Below are positions 12,758 through 27,820 of a stretch of 64,000 nucleotides of DNA, piece after piece. The DNA comes from Paraspadella gotoi (taxonomy: Eukaryota > Animalia > Chaetognatha). The position numbers were made by a program, and so were the translations under genes. The DNA is taken from the NCBI GenBank assembly GCA_051294375.1, contig JBJCIZ010000239.1, positions 601,178-665,177 on the forward strand, given 5' to 3'. The notes beneath the pieces are model-generated. The model was not told the DNA's origin. It worked only from the letters and a program-made list of their open reading frames with translations, and did not search any database. Every line of letters begins with the position of its first letter. Within the stretch, counting starts at the first letter, position 1.

Positions 12758-15700
12758 AACAAAGATAAAAAATAAAAAAATTAACAAAAACAATTTGATT
12801 TTTTTTCTTTATAAATCTTAACACAAAAAAAAAATATTCCACTGAGAAGCGATAATCGCGACAACAACAACAACAACAACAACGAATCGTGAATCGTTTA
12901 TCGATAATGGAAACAAAAAAAACTTCACTCACGCTCTTGTGATTTTTTTGTGATAAGGAAAATTGGATCCGGATAGTCATTTTNNNNNNNNNNNNNNNNN
13001 NNNNNNNNNNNNNNNNNNNNNNNNNNNNNNNNNNNNNNNNNNNNNNNNNNNNNNNNNNNNNNNNNNNNNNNNNNNNNNNNNNNNNNNNNNNNNNNNNNNN
13101 NNNNNNNNNNNNNNNNNNNNNNNNNNNNNNNNNNNNNNNNNNNNNNNNNNNNNNNNNNNNNNNNNNNNNNNNNNNNNNNNNNNNNNNNNNNNNNNNNNNN
13201 NNNNNNNNNNNNNNNNNNNNNNNNNNNNNNNNNNNNNNNNNNNNNNNNNNNNNNNNNNNNNNNNNNNNNNNNNNNNNNNNNNNNNNNNNNNNNNNNNNNN
13301 NNNNNNNNNNNNNNNNNNNNNNNNNNNNNNNNNNNNNNNNNNNNNNNNNNNNNNNNNNNNNNNNNNNNNNNNNNNNNNNNNNNNNNNNNNNNNNNNNNNN
13401 NNNNNNNNNNNNNNNNNNNNNNNNNNNNNNNNNNNNNNNNNNNNNNNNNNNNNNNNNNNNNNNNNNNNNNNNNNNNNNNNNNNNNNNNNNNNNNNNNNNN
13501 NNNNNNNNNNNNNNNNNNNNNNNNNNNNNNNNNNNNNNNNNNNNNNNNNNNNNNNNNNNNNNNNNNNNNNNNNNNNNNNNNNNNNNNNNNNNNNNNNNNN
13601 NNNNNNNNNNNNNNNNNNNNNNNNNNNNNNNNNNNNNNNNNNNNNNNNNNNNNNNNNNNNNNNNNNNNNNNNNNNNNNNNNNNNNNNNNNNNNNNNNNNN
13701 NNNNNNNNNNNNNNNNNNNNNNNNNNNNNNNNNNNNNNNNNNNNNNNNNNNNNNNNNNNNNNNNNNNNNNNNNNNNNNNNNNNNNNNNNNNNNNNNNNNN
13801 NNNNNNNNNNNNNNNNNNNNNNNNNNNNNNNNNNNNNNNNNNNNNNNNNNNNNNNNNNNNNNNNNNNNNNNNNNNNNNNNNNNNNNNNNNNNNNTTTTTT
13901 TTTTTTTTTTGCTGGTCGATCTTACTATTGGTTTAAGGCCTCTGATTTGGAGTTGTCAAAAAAGGGAACAACATTCGTAATTCGATTAAGGGGACCGCAG
14001 ACTGGGAGACAAGTTCACTGAGCTAAAGAAAAAGGAAATAGGAAAGAAAAGAAAGAAAATAGAAAGGAAAAGAAAAGAAAAAAACAGAAAAGAAACTAAT
14101 ATAATATTAAATAAAATAAATGAAAACATAAAAGAAAGGAAATGAAGAGAAAAGAAAAGAGGAAAATAAAGAAGAATGAGTAAAATTGATTCTGCGTCGC
14201 GCGCCATCGACCCTTCGACTATAAATCAATTATGCCTCCCACTTTAATAAAATGTCCAACAAAGAAATTACTACAAAAATTAGTGTTAGTTAAGAGGAAA
14301 AGAGAGAGAGAGAGAGAGAGAGANNNNNNNNNNNNNNNNNNNNNNNNNNNNNNNNNNNNNNNNNNNNNNNNNNNNNNNNNNNNNNNNNNNNNNNNNNNNN
14401 NNNNNNNNNNNNNNNNNNNNNNNNNNNNNNNNNNNNNNNNNNNNNNNNNNNNNNNNNNNNNNNNNNNNNNNNNNNNNNNNNNNNNNNNNNNNNNNNNNNN
14501 NNNNNNNNNNNNNNNNNNNNNNNNNNNNNNNNNNNTTTTTTTTAATTTTTTTTTAAATGCAAAGTTAGTTATGGCATTAAATCTTTTCTAAGAAATAAAA
14601 AGAAAATATTTTGGTTATCGGTTGTTTTGCCGGATTTGAACTCGAGGCCTTTCTTTCCGGCCACCGCGTTTCCGTCAAAGGGTTTGGCCTCTTAAAGGCC
14701 TTTAATCCTGGCAACGATTTTNNNNNNNNNNNNNNNNNNNNNNNNNNNNNNNNNNNNNNNNNNNNNNNNNNNNNNNNNNNNNNNNNNNNNNNNNNNNNNN
14801 NNNNNNNNNNNNNNNNNNNNNNNNNNNNNNNNNNNNNNNNNNNNNNNNNNNNNNNNNNNNNNNNNNNNNNNNNNNNNNNNNNNNNNNNNNNNNNNNNNNN
14901 NNNNNNNNNNNNNNNNNNNNNNNNNNNNNNNNNNNNNNNNNNNNNNNNNNNAAAGGAAGCCGATAATCAGAGTTTTTCGCAACCAATCAAAGTCGTTCTT
15001 GCAAATCTCTACGTTCATATAACCTTCTGAGGCTAAAATAACTAATAACTAATGATAACTAACCATGTTATTGCATTAAACCAATAAAATATAAAAAAAA
15101 GAAGTTTTATTCGGATTTAGATTATTGATAGAAAAAACAAGAACTATACGACAAACAATATTCAGCCTCCGCCCCTTACTTTTCTTCCGATTATTGTAAA
15201 AACGATAAAACTTAATGTATTTCCGGGAGACAAAAAGAAATGCTAAAAAGGTCCGAGACAAACGATGGCACAGACTGAAAAACTTAGACAAAAGAAAGAA
15301 TGGCATTGGGATAAATACTGGCAAAAATCGGAACGGTAAGAACCTCTCTCTCTCTCTCNNNNNNNNNNNNNNNNNNNNNNNNNNNNNNNNNNNNNNNNNN
15401 NNNNNNNNNNNNNNNNNNNNNNNNNNNNNNNNNNNNNNNNNNNNNNNNNNNNNNNNNNNNNNNNNNNNNNNNNNNNNNNNNNNNNNNNNNNNNNNNNNNN
15501 NNNNNNNNNNNNNNNNNNNNNNNNNNNNNNNNNNNNNNNNNNNNNNNNNNNNNNNNNNNNNNNNNNNNNNNNNNNNNNNNNNNNNNNNNNNNNNNNNNNN
15601 NNNNNNNNNNNNNNNNNNNNNNNNNNNNNNNNNNNNNNNNNNNNNNNNNNNNNNNNNNNNNNNNNNNNNNNNNNNNNNNNNNNNNNNNNNNNNNNNNNNN

Positions 15701-16399
15701 NNNNNNNNNNNNNNNNNNNNNNNNNNNNNNNNNNNNNNNNNNNNNNNNNNNNNNNNNTCTCTCTCTCTTCGAAAGTAGAACAGAGTCACGTTTCCTTGTT
15801 CTTTTGTTTGCAATTCTTTTTCCCTCGCAAATGTTTTCGTTTCGCGTTCAACAGATGGCGAAAACGAGGCTGCGATTTTTAAAATACGTCTGTCGNNNNN
15901 NNNNNCGTCGTCGTCGTTATAATCTTTGAGTTTTGTCATCGTCAGGTTCTTCATCGTCATCATTGTCATTGTAATCGTCGGGTTTTTGTCGTTGTCATGT
16001 TCGTCGTCATCATCGTCGTCNNNNNNNNNNNNNNNNNNNNNNNNNGGTTTGTGAGTCCATTGTGGTCGCGCTTGGATGAGATGTGTCTGAGTGGGCGACG
16101 GTTTGATTTATGGCCATATGTGGGTAAAGTAGAGTTAGAGGGGAAATGAATGGGATTACCACGTCATTTGTGATTTTACGAGAAACTTAATGTTGAATGT
16201 TTAACGAGCAATTTTAGAGAAAGCGAAAAACTCTAAGAGAGTTTAAACAATTTCAAACCCGAAAAATATGCTAAGCGTCCGAGAATGTTATTTTTCAATT
16301 TAACTGTTATCATATTTTTCAGCTTTTTATCTATCTTCTTATCGCTGTGAAAGATTTTTTTTGTTCCCAAAGATTCAATTTCAAAGTTATTTTCAACGT

Positions 16400-17587
16400 T
16401 TTTTTTTTTTTTTTTGTCTGGTCGATATCTTACTATTGGTTATAGGCCTCTGATTTGGATGTTGTCCAATAAAAAAAAAGGAACACTCATTTTCGTATTT
16501 TTCGATTAAAAGCGGGTCGGACCCAGACTGGAGAACAGTTCACCTGAAAAGCTATAAAGACAGAAAAAGGGGAAATAGGAAGAAAAGAAAAGAAAAATAG
16601 GGGGGGAAAGGAAATACAGAAAAGAAAATAAAAAAACAAGAAAAGAAGAAACTAATAATATAAATAAATATAAATGAAAACATAAATAAGAAAGGAATGA
16701 AGTAGAAAGAAAAGAGGAGGCAAATAAAGAAGAATGATAGTAAATTATTCTCGTCGCGCACCACACCCTGATTCGACTATAAATCAATTATGCCCCCCAC
16801 TTTTTTAATAAAATGCGTTCCATCAAAGAAAATTACTACAAAAAATTAGCTCTTTGTATTATTAAGTTTAAGAATTAAGAGACGAGGATGATTTGGAGAG
16901 AGTAAGAGAGAGAGATAATGAGCGGCTAGGAGAACCTGTTTGACGGATAGTACTGATGATAGAAGAGGGCGATAGATGAGATAGAGAAATGAGAGAGAAG
17001 AGAAGAATCGAGAGAGAGAGAGTGGAAAGAGAATTGATAGACGAGAGAGATTGTTAAGATCAGAATTCATCGAAGAAGACGAGAGAGCATAAATAAAATT
17101 AAAATTGGTTCCACGCTGTCCTAAATATTTTTTCTTTATATTTTTTTTTAAATGCACAAGTTTAGTTTGATATCGCGCATTAAAATCTCCTCTCAGCAAA
17201 TAAAAAAGAAAATATTTGGTTATCGGCCTATTTTGCCCGGTATTTTGAATCTCTTGTGGAGGCCTTCCCGTCCCACCGCGATTTTCCGTCAAAGGGTTGG
17301 GCCTTTGCTCTCTTAAAGGCCTTAATCCTCGCAACGATTTTGTACCCCAGAGAAGACGAGAGAAGAGAGAAGGAGAGACGAGACGAGAGAGAACGAGAGA
17401 GTTCGAGAGAGAGGAGACGAGAGAGAAGAGAGAGAGAGTAGATGAGAGAGAGAGAGAGATGAGAGACGAGGGAGAGGATAGAGAGAGAGGACGGAGAAGA
17501 AATCTTGACGAGAATGGCGAGAGAGTAAGCTGATCATGAGAGACGGAGAGAGAGAGAGAGAGAGGAAGTGAGAGAGAGCAGAGGACG

Positions 17588-17624
<37 letters not shown>

Positions 17625-18429
17625 GGGTTTAGGGGATTCCATATCGTGTCCTTTTTGCCTCTCATTGGTCGATTTAGTGGAAAAAGGAAGCCCGATAATC
17701 AGAGTTTTTTCGTAACCAATCAAAGTCGTTCTTGCAAATCTCCTCGTCGTTCATATAACCTTTGAGGCTAAAATAACTAATAACTAATGATAACAACCAT
17801 TGATTATGCATTTAAACCAATAAAATATTAAAAAAGAAGGGTTTTATTCGATTTAGATTACTGAAAAAAAAAAACCAAGAACTTATACGACAAAATCAAT
17901 ATTCCAGCAGCCTTCCGCCCCTTTACTTTCTTTCCGATTATTGTAAAACGAAATTAAAACCTTAACGTACGATTTCCGGAGACAAAAAAAGAAATGCTAA
18001 AAAGGTCGAGACAACGATGGCCAACACTTGAAAACTTAGAACGAAAAAAGAAGAAAGAATGGCCATTGGATCTGAGATAAATTACTGCAAAAATCGAACG
18101 GTAAGAACCCTACTACTCTCCTCTTCTCCCTCTCTCCTCTCTCTCTCTCTCCTCTCTCTCCCTCTCTTCTCTCTCTCTCCTCTCTCTCTCTCTCTCCTCT
18201 CTCTCTCTCATACTCGTGCGGTGGTGGGGGTCCTAGTGCATATCAGAGGACGCGATCATCATTGGATGATCTGTCTTGTCTCCAGTGCGCAATCCCATTA
18301 TCGTCTTAATTATCGTCGGTCGGGTAAACGTCGCTGGTCGTCTCGAACCGTCGCAAGCTCACTGGTTGTTGTTTTGTTATGTTGTCGGCATCGTCTCGCC
18401 CGGTTCCTACATCTCCCTCTCTGATCTCT

Positions 18430-18469
<40 letters not shown>

Positions 18470-18860
18470 GCTTCTCTCTCTCCCTCTCTCTCTTCTTCTC
18501 AAAGTAAACAGAGTCACGTTTTCCTTGTTTCTTTTGTTTGTGCCAATTTCTTTCCTCGCCAAAATGTTTTTCGTTTCGCGTCTTCTTTCAAACAGATAGG
18601 GCGGAATAACAGGCTGCGAATTTTTTAAAATTCTTCTGTTCGTCGTCGTCTGCGTTCGTCCGTCGTTTATTTGATAATCTTTGAGTTTTTGTTCATTCGT
18701 CATTTCTTCATCTGTCATCATTTGTCCATTGTTGTTAATCGTGGGTTTTTGTCGTTGTCTATGCTGTTCTCGTCATCATCGCTTCGTCTCGTGCATCATG
18801 GGCGTCGTCCTCGCATCCCATCTCCTCTGTTGTTGTATCGCTCCAGACTTTGTTACTGTT
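16400..18860 (+). repeat. Gap-free, error-rich duplicate of the gapped segment 13895-16020
   Basis: Collinear anchors: ctggtcgat..cttactattggt (13912 vs 16418), tttccgtcaaagggtt (14669 vs 17283), ccgataatcagagtttt (14960 vs 17692), aacagagtcacgttt (15779 vs 18507). Confidence 0.85.
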
Positions 18861-20074
18861 GTTTCTTTTTTCGTTTTCGCGGACTAAGAGAGGAGAGACG
18901 CCCCTTTTTTTCAAAACTCTCCCGACGTGTCAGCCACCGCCCACCGCCTCCACCTATTCGAAAAGCCCGACTTTTAAAGTGAGAAGAGAGAGAGAGAGAG
19001 AGTGGAGAGGAGATGAGATGGAACGAGAGAGATGGAGGACGAGATGAAGAGAGAGGAGAGAGAGAGGAGAGAGACGAGTTGGGATGATGGCGACGGTGCC
19101 GTCGAAAAAGCTGGGAACTGGTCACTTTCGGGCGGGGGTGGATGATGGAGACCCACAAGTCCCTGAATTGAGGAGGTTCAAATTTAGCGTCACAAATTCG
19201 TCGCGAATCTTAACTTGGCGCAGAATAAAAAAAAAAGAAGGGCCGGAGGAACTTTTTTTTTTTTTTTTCGTCGTTTGCCTTTTTGTGAAAAGGAAAGAAG
19301 CAGAGGACGTACAACGACGACAACGACAACAACAACGACAGTAATCGTCGCAAGGCGAAAAACAACGCGACGCGCGATTCTCTGTTATTGATTTTTTGTT
19401 TTGTTTCTTTTTTCATAAAAAGGAAAAGATTAACCTTTTGTGATATTGAATGGCGTCTTCTGTCTGATAAAAAAGACGACGACGACGACGATGACGACCA
19501 CGATGATAACGACGATGACGATTGCTACGATGATGACAACGGCAACGACGACGATGACGACGACGACGACGACCACGATGACGACCCTGACGAGGACGAT
19601 GATTACGACGCTAAAAACAACAGCAGAGAAGCAGACGGCGAATTTTCGATTATTGCATTTTCGGGACTAAATTGTCTTCGGCGCTCTCATCTTCGAGCGG
19701 CGACATAATCCGACATGATCGGACATAATACGACATTTGGACCGGAATTAAAGAGGATTAAGATGAGGGGTTTGACGCTTAGGAGAAGGAAGGTCGAGTT
19801 TAGAGACGGAATTTTTTGTGTTAATATCATTTGAATTAGTTTACAAAAGGTTAATTAAAAATGTGATAATTAATGAATAATGAAACGCGGAGGGGGGGAA
19901 CTTCCCGAGGGTATTATTTTTTTTATTTCTGTCTACAGCGACGTCGTCGTCGTCGTCTTCGTCGTTTTCGTCTTCGTCGTCGTCGTCGTCGTCGTCGTCG
20001 TCCCCAACGTCTCTCGCGGCGGGACAATATAACTTACCCGTTTGTTCCGTCGTCACCGAGTCACCGGCCAAGCG

Positions 20075-20104
20075 TGACGTCACGTGACCAGTCGACGTCA
20101 CGTG
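20075..20104. promoter_or_regulatory. Overlapping CRE and E-box (CLEAR-like) cluster
   Basis: TGACGTCA at 20075-82, GTCACGTGAC at 20079-88, GACGTCACGTG at 20094-104. Confidence 0.3.
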
Positions 20105-20213
20105 TGGCTTTGATTTTCACATGTGATGAATCCAAGTTGTGAAGACTTCACGACGGTGGTCAATGGGGATGTCTTTCTTTCTTTCTTTCTTTTTACACGA
20201 ATCTGTCACGGTT

Positions 20214-20248
<35 letters not shown>

Positions 20249-20709
20249 NNNNNNNNNNNNNNNNNNNNNNNNNNNNNNNNNNNNNNNNNNNAACAGCGAG
20301 AGATTCTCCTTTCTCTTCCGTCTCTTCTCTCTCTCATACTCTCTCCTCTCTCTTCTCGTCTCTCTGTCGCATCTCTTCTTCCTCACTGGTTATTTTTCCC
20401 AGCCCGGCGGTGGACGAAGCGAGTCTTTCGGTGTGGTGCCTCACAGGACGGTAAGGCTGTCGAATTAACGAAAGATCTGATGGTCGAAATGATGGTAGTG
20501 ATCCTATTGGTGGGAGGTTCAATCCAAAAAAAAAAACGATCTGAAGCGATTGATTGGTCGATGGTCGATCGAAGGATTGATTGGTTAACGTCGCACTTGG
20601 TTCAAGAAAGATGTTGAGTGATTAATCGAGATTTCGAAGAATGAAAGGATTTAAGAGTTGAATAGGATAAGAGAAAGATGTAATAATAATTGACGGGTAC
20701 TTAAACTAG

Positions 20710-20746
<37 letters not shown>

Positions 20747-20889
20747 GAGAGAGAGAGAGAGAGAGAGAGAAGAGAGAGGGATGAGAGAGAAGGAGAGGAT
20801 TGAGAGAGAGAGTTAAGAGTTTAAAAGTTTAAAAAATAAAAAGGAGAAAAATGATTGAAAATGAATAAGGAATAAGTTAATAAACAAAA

Positions 20890-20925
<36 letters not shown>

Positions 20926-21011
20926 AAGTTAAGAAAGGAAGTTTAGAAAATAAAAAAAAGGAAAATAAGTTTAGAAAATGAATAAAGGAAATAAGTTAAC
21001 ATACGAAAAAT

Positions 21012-21070
<59 letters not shown>

Positions 21071-21262
21071 AAAAAGAAAGAAAAAAGAAAGAAAGAAAGA
21101 AAGAAAGAAATAAAGAAAGAAAGAAATAAAGAGAGAAAGAAAGATAGAAGGAAAGAAAGAATGAAACGATAAAGCGGCGATCGTTTTGTCATGACGCCTC
21201 TGACCCCAATTTCGACGAAAACATTGTTTGTTTTGATTTACTTTCGGATCATGAATCCGAAA

Positions 21263-21320
<58 letters not shown>

Positions 21321-21450
21321 CTTAAGACGTCCAGCCGTTTGTTTTTCTTTCTTCGGTGTTACTGGGGATTTTCATTCGCGGTTTTTGTTTCGACGCTTGT
21401 CTTTTGTTTTCTCTGTTGACAGATTGGAGAGGGCGTCAATCGTCCCTCTT

Positions 21451-21487
<37 letters not shown>

Positions 21488-21946
21488 AAGACTTTGATTT
21501 TGAGTCGTTCCGGTTGTCGTCCTTGTTGTTGTTGTTGTTGTCGTTATTTTCGTCATCTGCTGAGTAGAAAATTATGAAAATAAATGAGACCAAAAGAGAA
21601 AGAGAAAGAAAGAAATAAAATAGAGAAAGAAAGAAAGAAAGAGAGAAAGAAAGAACGAATTTCTATGACGTCAATACATATTTCCGGTCGAAATTAGTTT
21701 TGGTTTAACACACAAAAAAAGTCGGTTAACATATCAGTTTTTTGTCGTTTCGTTTGTAAAAACAAATTAGATTTGAATAATGAATGATTATGATTCGAAA
21801 GTTGACTAAAAGTCGTCGTTGTTGTTGTAGTTGTAGTTGTCGTCGTCGTTATCGTCGTCGACGTTATTCTTATCTAGTTTTTAATATGTTTCTATTTGTT
21901 GCCTTATTTCTATTTGTTACTTATTTTCTTAACTTTTTTCTTTTTT

Positions 21947-21978
<32 letters not shown>

Positions 21979-21982
21979 TTTT

Positions 21983-22058
<76 letters not shown>

Positions 22059-22342
22059 TTCTTTTTTTAACCGAGAGCTAATACATTTGTCAATTTGTCT
22101 ATACAAGTTTTAAAACTTTTTCTTGCAACGAATAAATTTAACTTTAAATTTTTTCAACGTTTCAAAAATCACGAGGTTCGCATATATTTTTTCACCGCCA
22201 AAGACGATATTTCTTTCAATTTTCACGAAGAAAAAAAAAATCGAAAATAAATTACGTTTTTTTTATTCCTTTTTCCATAAATAAAAAACATAAAAATGGC
22301 ATCTCTATCTCTGTCGTTGTTTATCATCATCTCTCTCTCTCT

Positions 22343-22393
<51 letters not shown>

Positions 22394-23979
22394 TCTCTCT
22401 CTCTCTCTCTCGTTCTCTCTCCTCTCTCTCTCTCCATTTCGTTTCGTTTTTAACTCTCTCCTTTTTTGCTTCAAAATCAGCTGCGATCGGTCATAACCCG
22501 TTTCGTTGTCTGTCAACTCACGAGGATGCGCTTAAAAATTTCTTCTTTTTCCTTTTAAAAAAAAAAATTTGCAATTTTTTTTTTTTTTATCTGAAATAAG
22601 ATGCCACGCGATCGACTCACGTGTTCGGCCACACAGACAACGCCTCCTGGGAAAGAGAGAGAAGAGAGACGGACGACGAGAGAAGAGAGAGAGAGAGAGG
22701 GAGAGAGAGATGAGACTAGGAGAGATGAGCAGAGAGACGACGAGAGAAGAGATAAGGCCCGTGTCTCAGAGTGTCACTCTAAACCTTTTCGGAAGAGGAT
22801 AACGCTTTTGCAATTTGAATTGACGAGCAAAAACCATTATTTCCTTTTCTTATCGTCCATAAAATTATTTACGCACGAAGAATATTCGTTTTTTGTCTTT
22901 AATTTATAATTGTCATTGATTTGGCTTGACCACTAGATTTGTCACTCAGGCGCCCAGCAGAAGGGCATAAGTAGTAGAGGTGATACCCACAATTTTTCAA
23001 TTGTACACCAGTAGAAGCGGTCCACGACTCATTTTATTAGGTTCTTTTTTTGTCTGTTAGAAAGACATTGGGGAACTGAATAAACCTGAAAAAACTTGAC
23101 CGGAAAGGAACTCTCCAGAGTGTCTCCAAAGGGATCGAGTACTTTTGCGAGTTTTTCTTTTGATACGGTTAATCTTATATGTGAAATTAATTTAAAGGAT
23201 TTTTTTAATAAAATAAGTGATATAAATCAATACTTGATTTGTGATTTGATCATATATTTTTGATTGTTAGCACTTTATATTTTTTATTTAAACCTTTATT
23301 CTTTAAAATAAATTTATTAATAACTATAATATTATATAATATCAAAAATATAAAGATGATCATGTTAGCTTTTTTGAGTTAAAATTACTTTACTAAAAAG
23401 TTATTCCTAAAGTTTTGTAAAGAATAAATATTAAAAAAATCAAATATTTAGCAGAGTACCTTACTGAAAGATAACAATCATAACTACCACGAATATTTTA
23501 AACTTTAAAAAGCTAAAGGGAAAAGAAAAAGATGAGTTAAAATTTATAATCTTAATTCTTCCAAACTTTTTTTAGAATTTTTTGACCCTCTTTGTGGCTT
23601 AAATATAAAATTTCTATGACTCATTTTAAAACCGGGTTTAAGTAGGAGCATGGCAGTCATAACAAAATCGTAATTCACGGTTCAGACATTAAAAATAAAA
23701 AAAAATAACTGCCATACTTTATGAACCCAAGATTTATATACTCTTATATCTTTATGACAAGACACCAGTTTATTTAAAATTTAAATCTTTATAAAATTAA
23801 GTTAAAAAATTAAATATATAAATAAATCACGGACATTTCACATACCTTATGAATATAACGGGGAGTCGACGTTCAAGAAAAATATTTTTCTTTTTTCTTT
23901 CTGTTTATCGTTCCTCTCGCGTCGTCGGATTATATCGACATAATTTCTCTCTCTCCTCGTCTCTCTCTTTGCTCTCTCT

Positions 23980-24050
<71 letters not shown>

Positions 24051-24144
24051 CTCTCTCGTTTCTCTCTCTCCCTCGTCTCCTCATCGCTCTCCTCTCTTTC
24101 TTTCTTCTCTCTCTCTCTCTCTCTCTCTCTCTAAACCTCTCTCC

Positions 24145-24185
<41 letters not shown>

Positions 24186-24374
24186 TCTCTCTCTCTTTTT
24201 TTTTTGTTTCTCTCGTCTCTCTCTCCTCTCTCTCTCTCTCTCTTCTCTCTCCTCTCCTCTCTCTCTCTCTCTCCCTCTCTCTCTCTCCTCTCTCTCTCTC
24301 CCTCCTTCCCAGTAGTGTCTCTCCCCGCCCCGTTTCTCCATGGTGATGGCCCGTCGTATCTTTTCTGTCTTGTC

Positions 24375-25910
24375 GTCCATTAATTTTCTCGCTTTTTTCT
24401 TTTTTTTCTCTTGAAACTCCTTCCTTTTTTTTTCTTTCCTTTTTTCCGTTCCTATCTTTTCCTCCCTTTTTATTTCTCTCCCCGCTCGCTCCAGACACTC
24501 CGGCCTTCTTTAGAACGGCTTCTATAACATCTTCTGTCTTCTTTTGTTTTGTTGCTTTTTGTTTTTTGTCGGTCGTTTTTTTTCCCGCTGTTGGAGCCAT
24601 TATTCTTTCTTTTTGGTTGAAAAGAAAGGAAAAAAAAAAAAAAATTCCTGTCGAGGAAAACTTTTGCCTTTACTATATTGCACTTTCTATTAAGCTGGAA
24701 TTGATTAGTTAGTTATGATGATATTCAGGTTGTGAGTTCATTATCTATGGAGTTGATGTGGATAGAGTATTATATATTATTGAATTATTATTGATATTGA
24801 GTTATGTATTATATTTATAGTATATTAGGATGTTGATCGGTATAGTTGCAGGGCTTGGGGGTCTATTTCTCCTCTCGTATTTTCAGACGGGCTTATTTTC
24901 GTTTATGGGTGGAAACCAAGGAGTCCATAGCCACCGGGCTGTAGGCGAGGCGCTAGAGAGGGAATGTGACTAAACAGTGTGATGGGAGTTCGCTTAGGTG
25001 ATCTAAGGCGTGTAGGTGCCACACTCTGCTGTGATAACAGAATATGATAGATGGCAGGTTGACGGCTGCATTGGATCAGGCGGTAAGAGGTGAAGGAAAA
25101 GGGGTAATAGAGAAAATGTTTTAGTAAGTTATTAAGTTGCCCAAGTATCGGGTATATATTAATAATCAATAAATTTTTGTTTAAAATTAACAAAATTGAA
25201 CAACAGATTCTCCCGGATGCTTCCAAATAAAAAATATTTATTCGCGAATTCCACAAGAGTTTTGTTCGCCGACGGAGAGTGGTAGGGTGCGTGGTATTTT
25301 ATATAACTTCTTTGTTTTATCTGTTTGTAATCTCTTAAAAAAAAAGTTTTATGTAGCAGTATTTTTTTTTTTCTTTTTGTAGATAGATCAAGTGATATTA
25401 CAGAATTATCTTTAGTGCCATAGGTTTATTACAATTTTTGATAAAGTGTCACTTATTAAAAAAAATTAATTGGAGGGCTGTGATCACTTATAGTTTATAT
25501 TACATTGTTCTGTTTCCTGTATTGCCACTCATCGTCTCTCTGCGTCTCTCTCCTCTCTCTCTTTCTGCTGCTCATCTGCTGCTCTGGGTCTNNNNNNNNN
25601 NNNNNNNNNNNNNNNNGTCCATTAATTTTCTCGCTTTTTTCTTTTTTTCTCTGAAACTCCTTCCTTTTTTTTCTTTCCTTTTTTTTCGTTTCCTATCTTT
25701 TTCCTCCCTTTTTTTTTCTCCGCTCGCTCCGCCTCCGGCTTTAGAACGGCTTCTATAACATCTTCTCTTCTTTTTTGTGTTCTTTTGTTTTTCGGTCTTT
25801 TTTTTTCCCGCTGTTGGAGCCATTGATCTTTCTTTTTTGGAAAAGAAAGGAAAAAAATTCCTGTCAGGAAAACTTTAGTGCTTATCTATATTGCACTTTC
25901 TATTAACTAA

Positions 25911-26005
<95 letters not shown>

Positions 26006-26400
26006 TATCTATATTGCACTTTCTATTCTCCTCTCGTTTTTCAGACCTTATTTTCTGTTATGGGGAACCAAGGATCAGTAGCCACGGCTTAGCGAGCGCT
26101 AAGGAATTACTAACTTAGTGATTCCTTAGTGACTAAGCGTTATCCAACACTTCTGCTATAAAATAATAATCATTACCTCATGACAGCTAAAGAAGGAAAA
26201 GGGTAATAAAAAATTTTATAATTATCAATTGCGTATATATTAATAATCAATAAATTTTTGTTTAAATAACAAAATTGAACAACAGATTCTCCGGATTTCC
26301 AAAAAAATATTTATTCGCGATTCCACAAGAGTTTGTTCCCGACATATTATCTGGTTATAACTTTTTTTTTGTTGCTTCCTTAAAAAAAAAGTGTAGAAGC
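24375..26400 (+). repeat. Tandem duplicate pair 24375-25400 and 25617-26400
   Basis: gtccattaattttctcgcttttt at 24375 and 25617; aacagattctcc at 25202 and 26281; the copies are separated by a 25-N gap. Confidence 0.85.
25911..26008. repeat. (ATT)n microsatellite
   Basis: About 30 perfect units. Confidence 0.95.
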
Positions 26401-26481
26401 AATAAACAGAATTATCCTTATCCAATATACAATATGAAAAGGAAAAAAAAAATAGCGAAAAATATTTCACCTTCTGATCCA

Positions 26482-26549
<68 letters not shown>

Positions 26550-26763
26550 ATCTCTCTCTCTCTCTCTGTCTCGCTACTGGCACGCTCTCCGCGGACGTGC
26601 AGTTCTCGCGCTCAACCGAGAGCTTCTCTCTCCATTTGACGTTGATCTGTCGCTTGAAAAGGCGAACTTGTATTGAGCAATGGTTGGTGTTGTTGTTGTT
26701 GTTGTTGTTGTTGTTGTAGTTGTTGTAAACATGCCTTAGTAGTCGGAAATTCAGGGGCACAAG

Positions 26764-26834
26764 TGAAAGAAAGAAAGAAAGAGAGAAAGAAAGAGAGAAT
26801 GAAATAAAAAGATAGAGAAAGAAAGAAAGAAGAA

Positions 26835-26906
<72 letters not shown>

Positions 26907-27009
26907 AAAAAAAGAAAGAAAAGAAAAAATAAATAAATAAATAATTAATTAACTAATTAATCAATTAATTAATCAATTAATTACATAAATAAATAAATAA
27001 ATAAAAAAA

Positions 27010-27052
<43 letters not shown>

Positions 27053-27136
27053 AAAAATAATTAATTAATTAACTAATTAATCAATTAATTAATCAATTAA
27101 TTAAATAAAAATAAAAATAAAAAATAAATAAACAAA

Positions 27137-27223
<87 letters not shown>

Positions 27224-27225
27224 AT
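26764..27225. repeat. Compound microsatellite (AAAG)n-(AAAT)n
   Basis: Direct inspection. Confidence 0.95.
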
Positions 27226-27820
27226 AGAAAATTCACATACCTCCTCAAACTGAAACCTGGAAATTGGTTATGAGTCGATTAATCGAAAAACCGATGACTG
27301 ATGATGATATTGCCGACGACGACGACGACGAAAACGACGACGAAGACTTTTCGTATTACCTTCGCTTTGATTGGACGAACGAATATCGATCCAATCTTCT
27401 CCAGTTCTTCGTCTCAATATTTCCAGGATATTCGCCGCAATGGCGTCAGGAAATATTTATATCATTTTTTAATTATAATTACGAACAAATATGATACAAT
27501 AATTTAAAGTTATAGTCAAAATAGATATATATTATTTTTTTTTGGCGCCAAACCCGCTCGCATTAAAAGCGGCCATTTTGTTTCCCGTGAAATTTCACAA
27601 AATCTCGGTTACTTTCTTCTCTAATCCGATCTAATCTTTAATCGAATGACTAATCCAATCTCTAATCTAATCTCTATTCTTATCCTCCCTCACCTCGACC
27701 CCACCACCTTTTCCTCTTCCTCTTCCTCCTTTCGTCCTGTCGAATAAAAAAAAAAAAGGAAAAACTGAATTTAAAAAAAAAACAATATATGAAATTGGTA
27801 CAACCATATAAAATTATCCA

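Noticed and set aside
19388-19708. Asp-rich ORF resembling an acidic biomineralisation protein
   Set aside because: Degenerate (GAC/GAT)n microsatellite with no ATG start, signal peptide or clear splice sites.
23849-24600. ER/SL-rich ORFs here and similar ones throughout the window
   Set aside because: Translations of (GA)n, (TC)n and (AAAG)n microsatellites.
26548-26760. Minus-strand 70-aa ORF with a non-repetitive core
   Set aside because: No recognisable domain or splice signals, and it is partly microsatellite.
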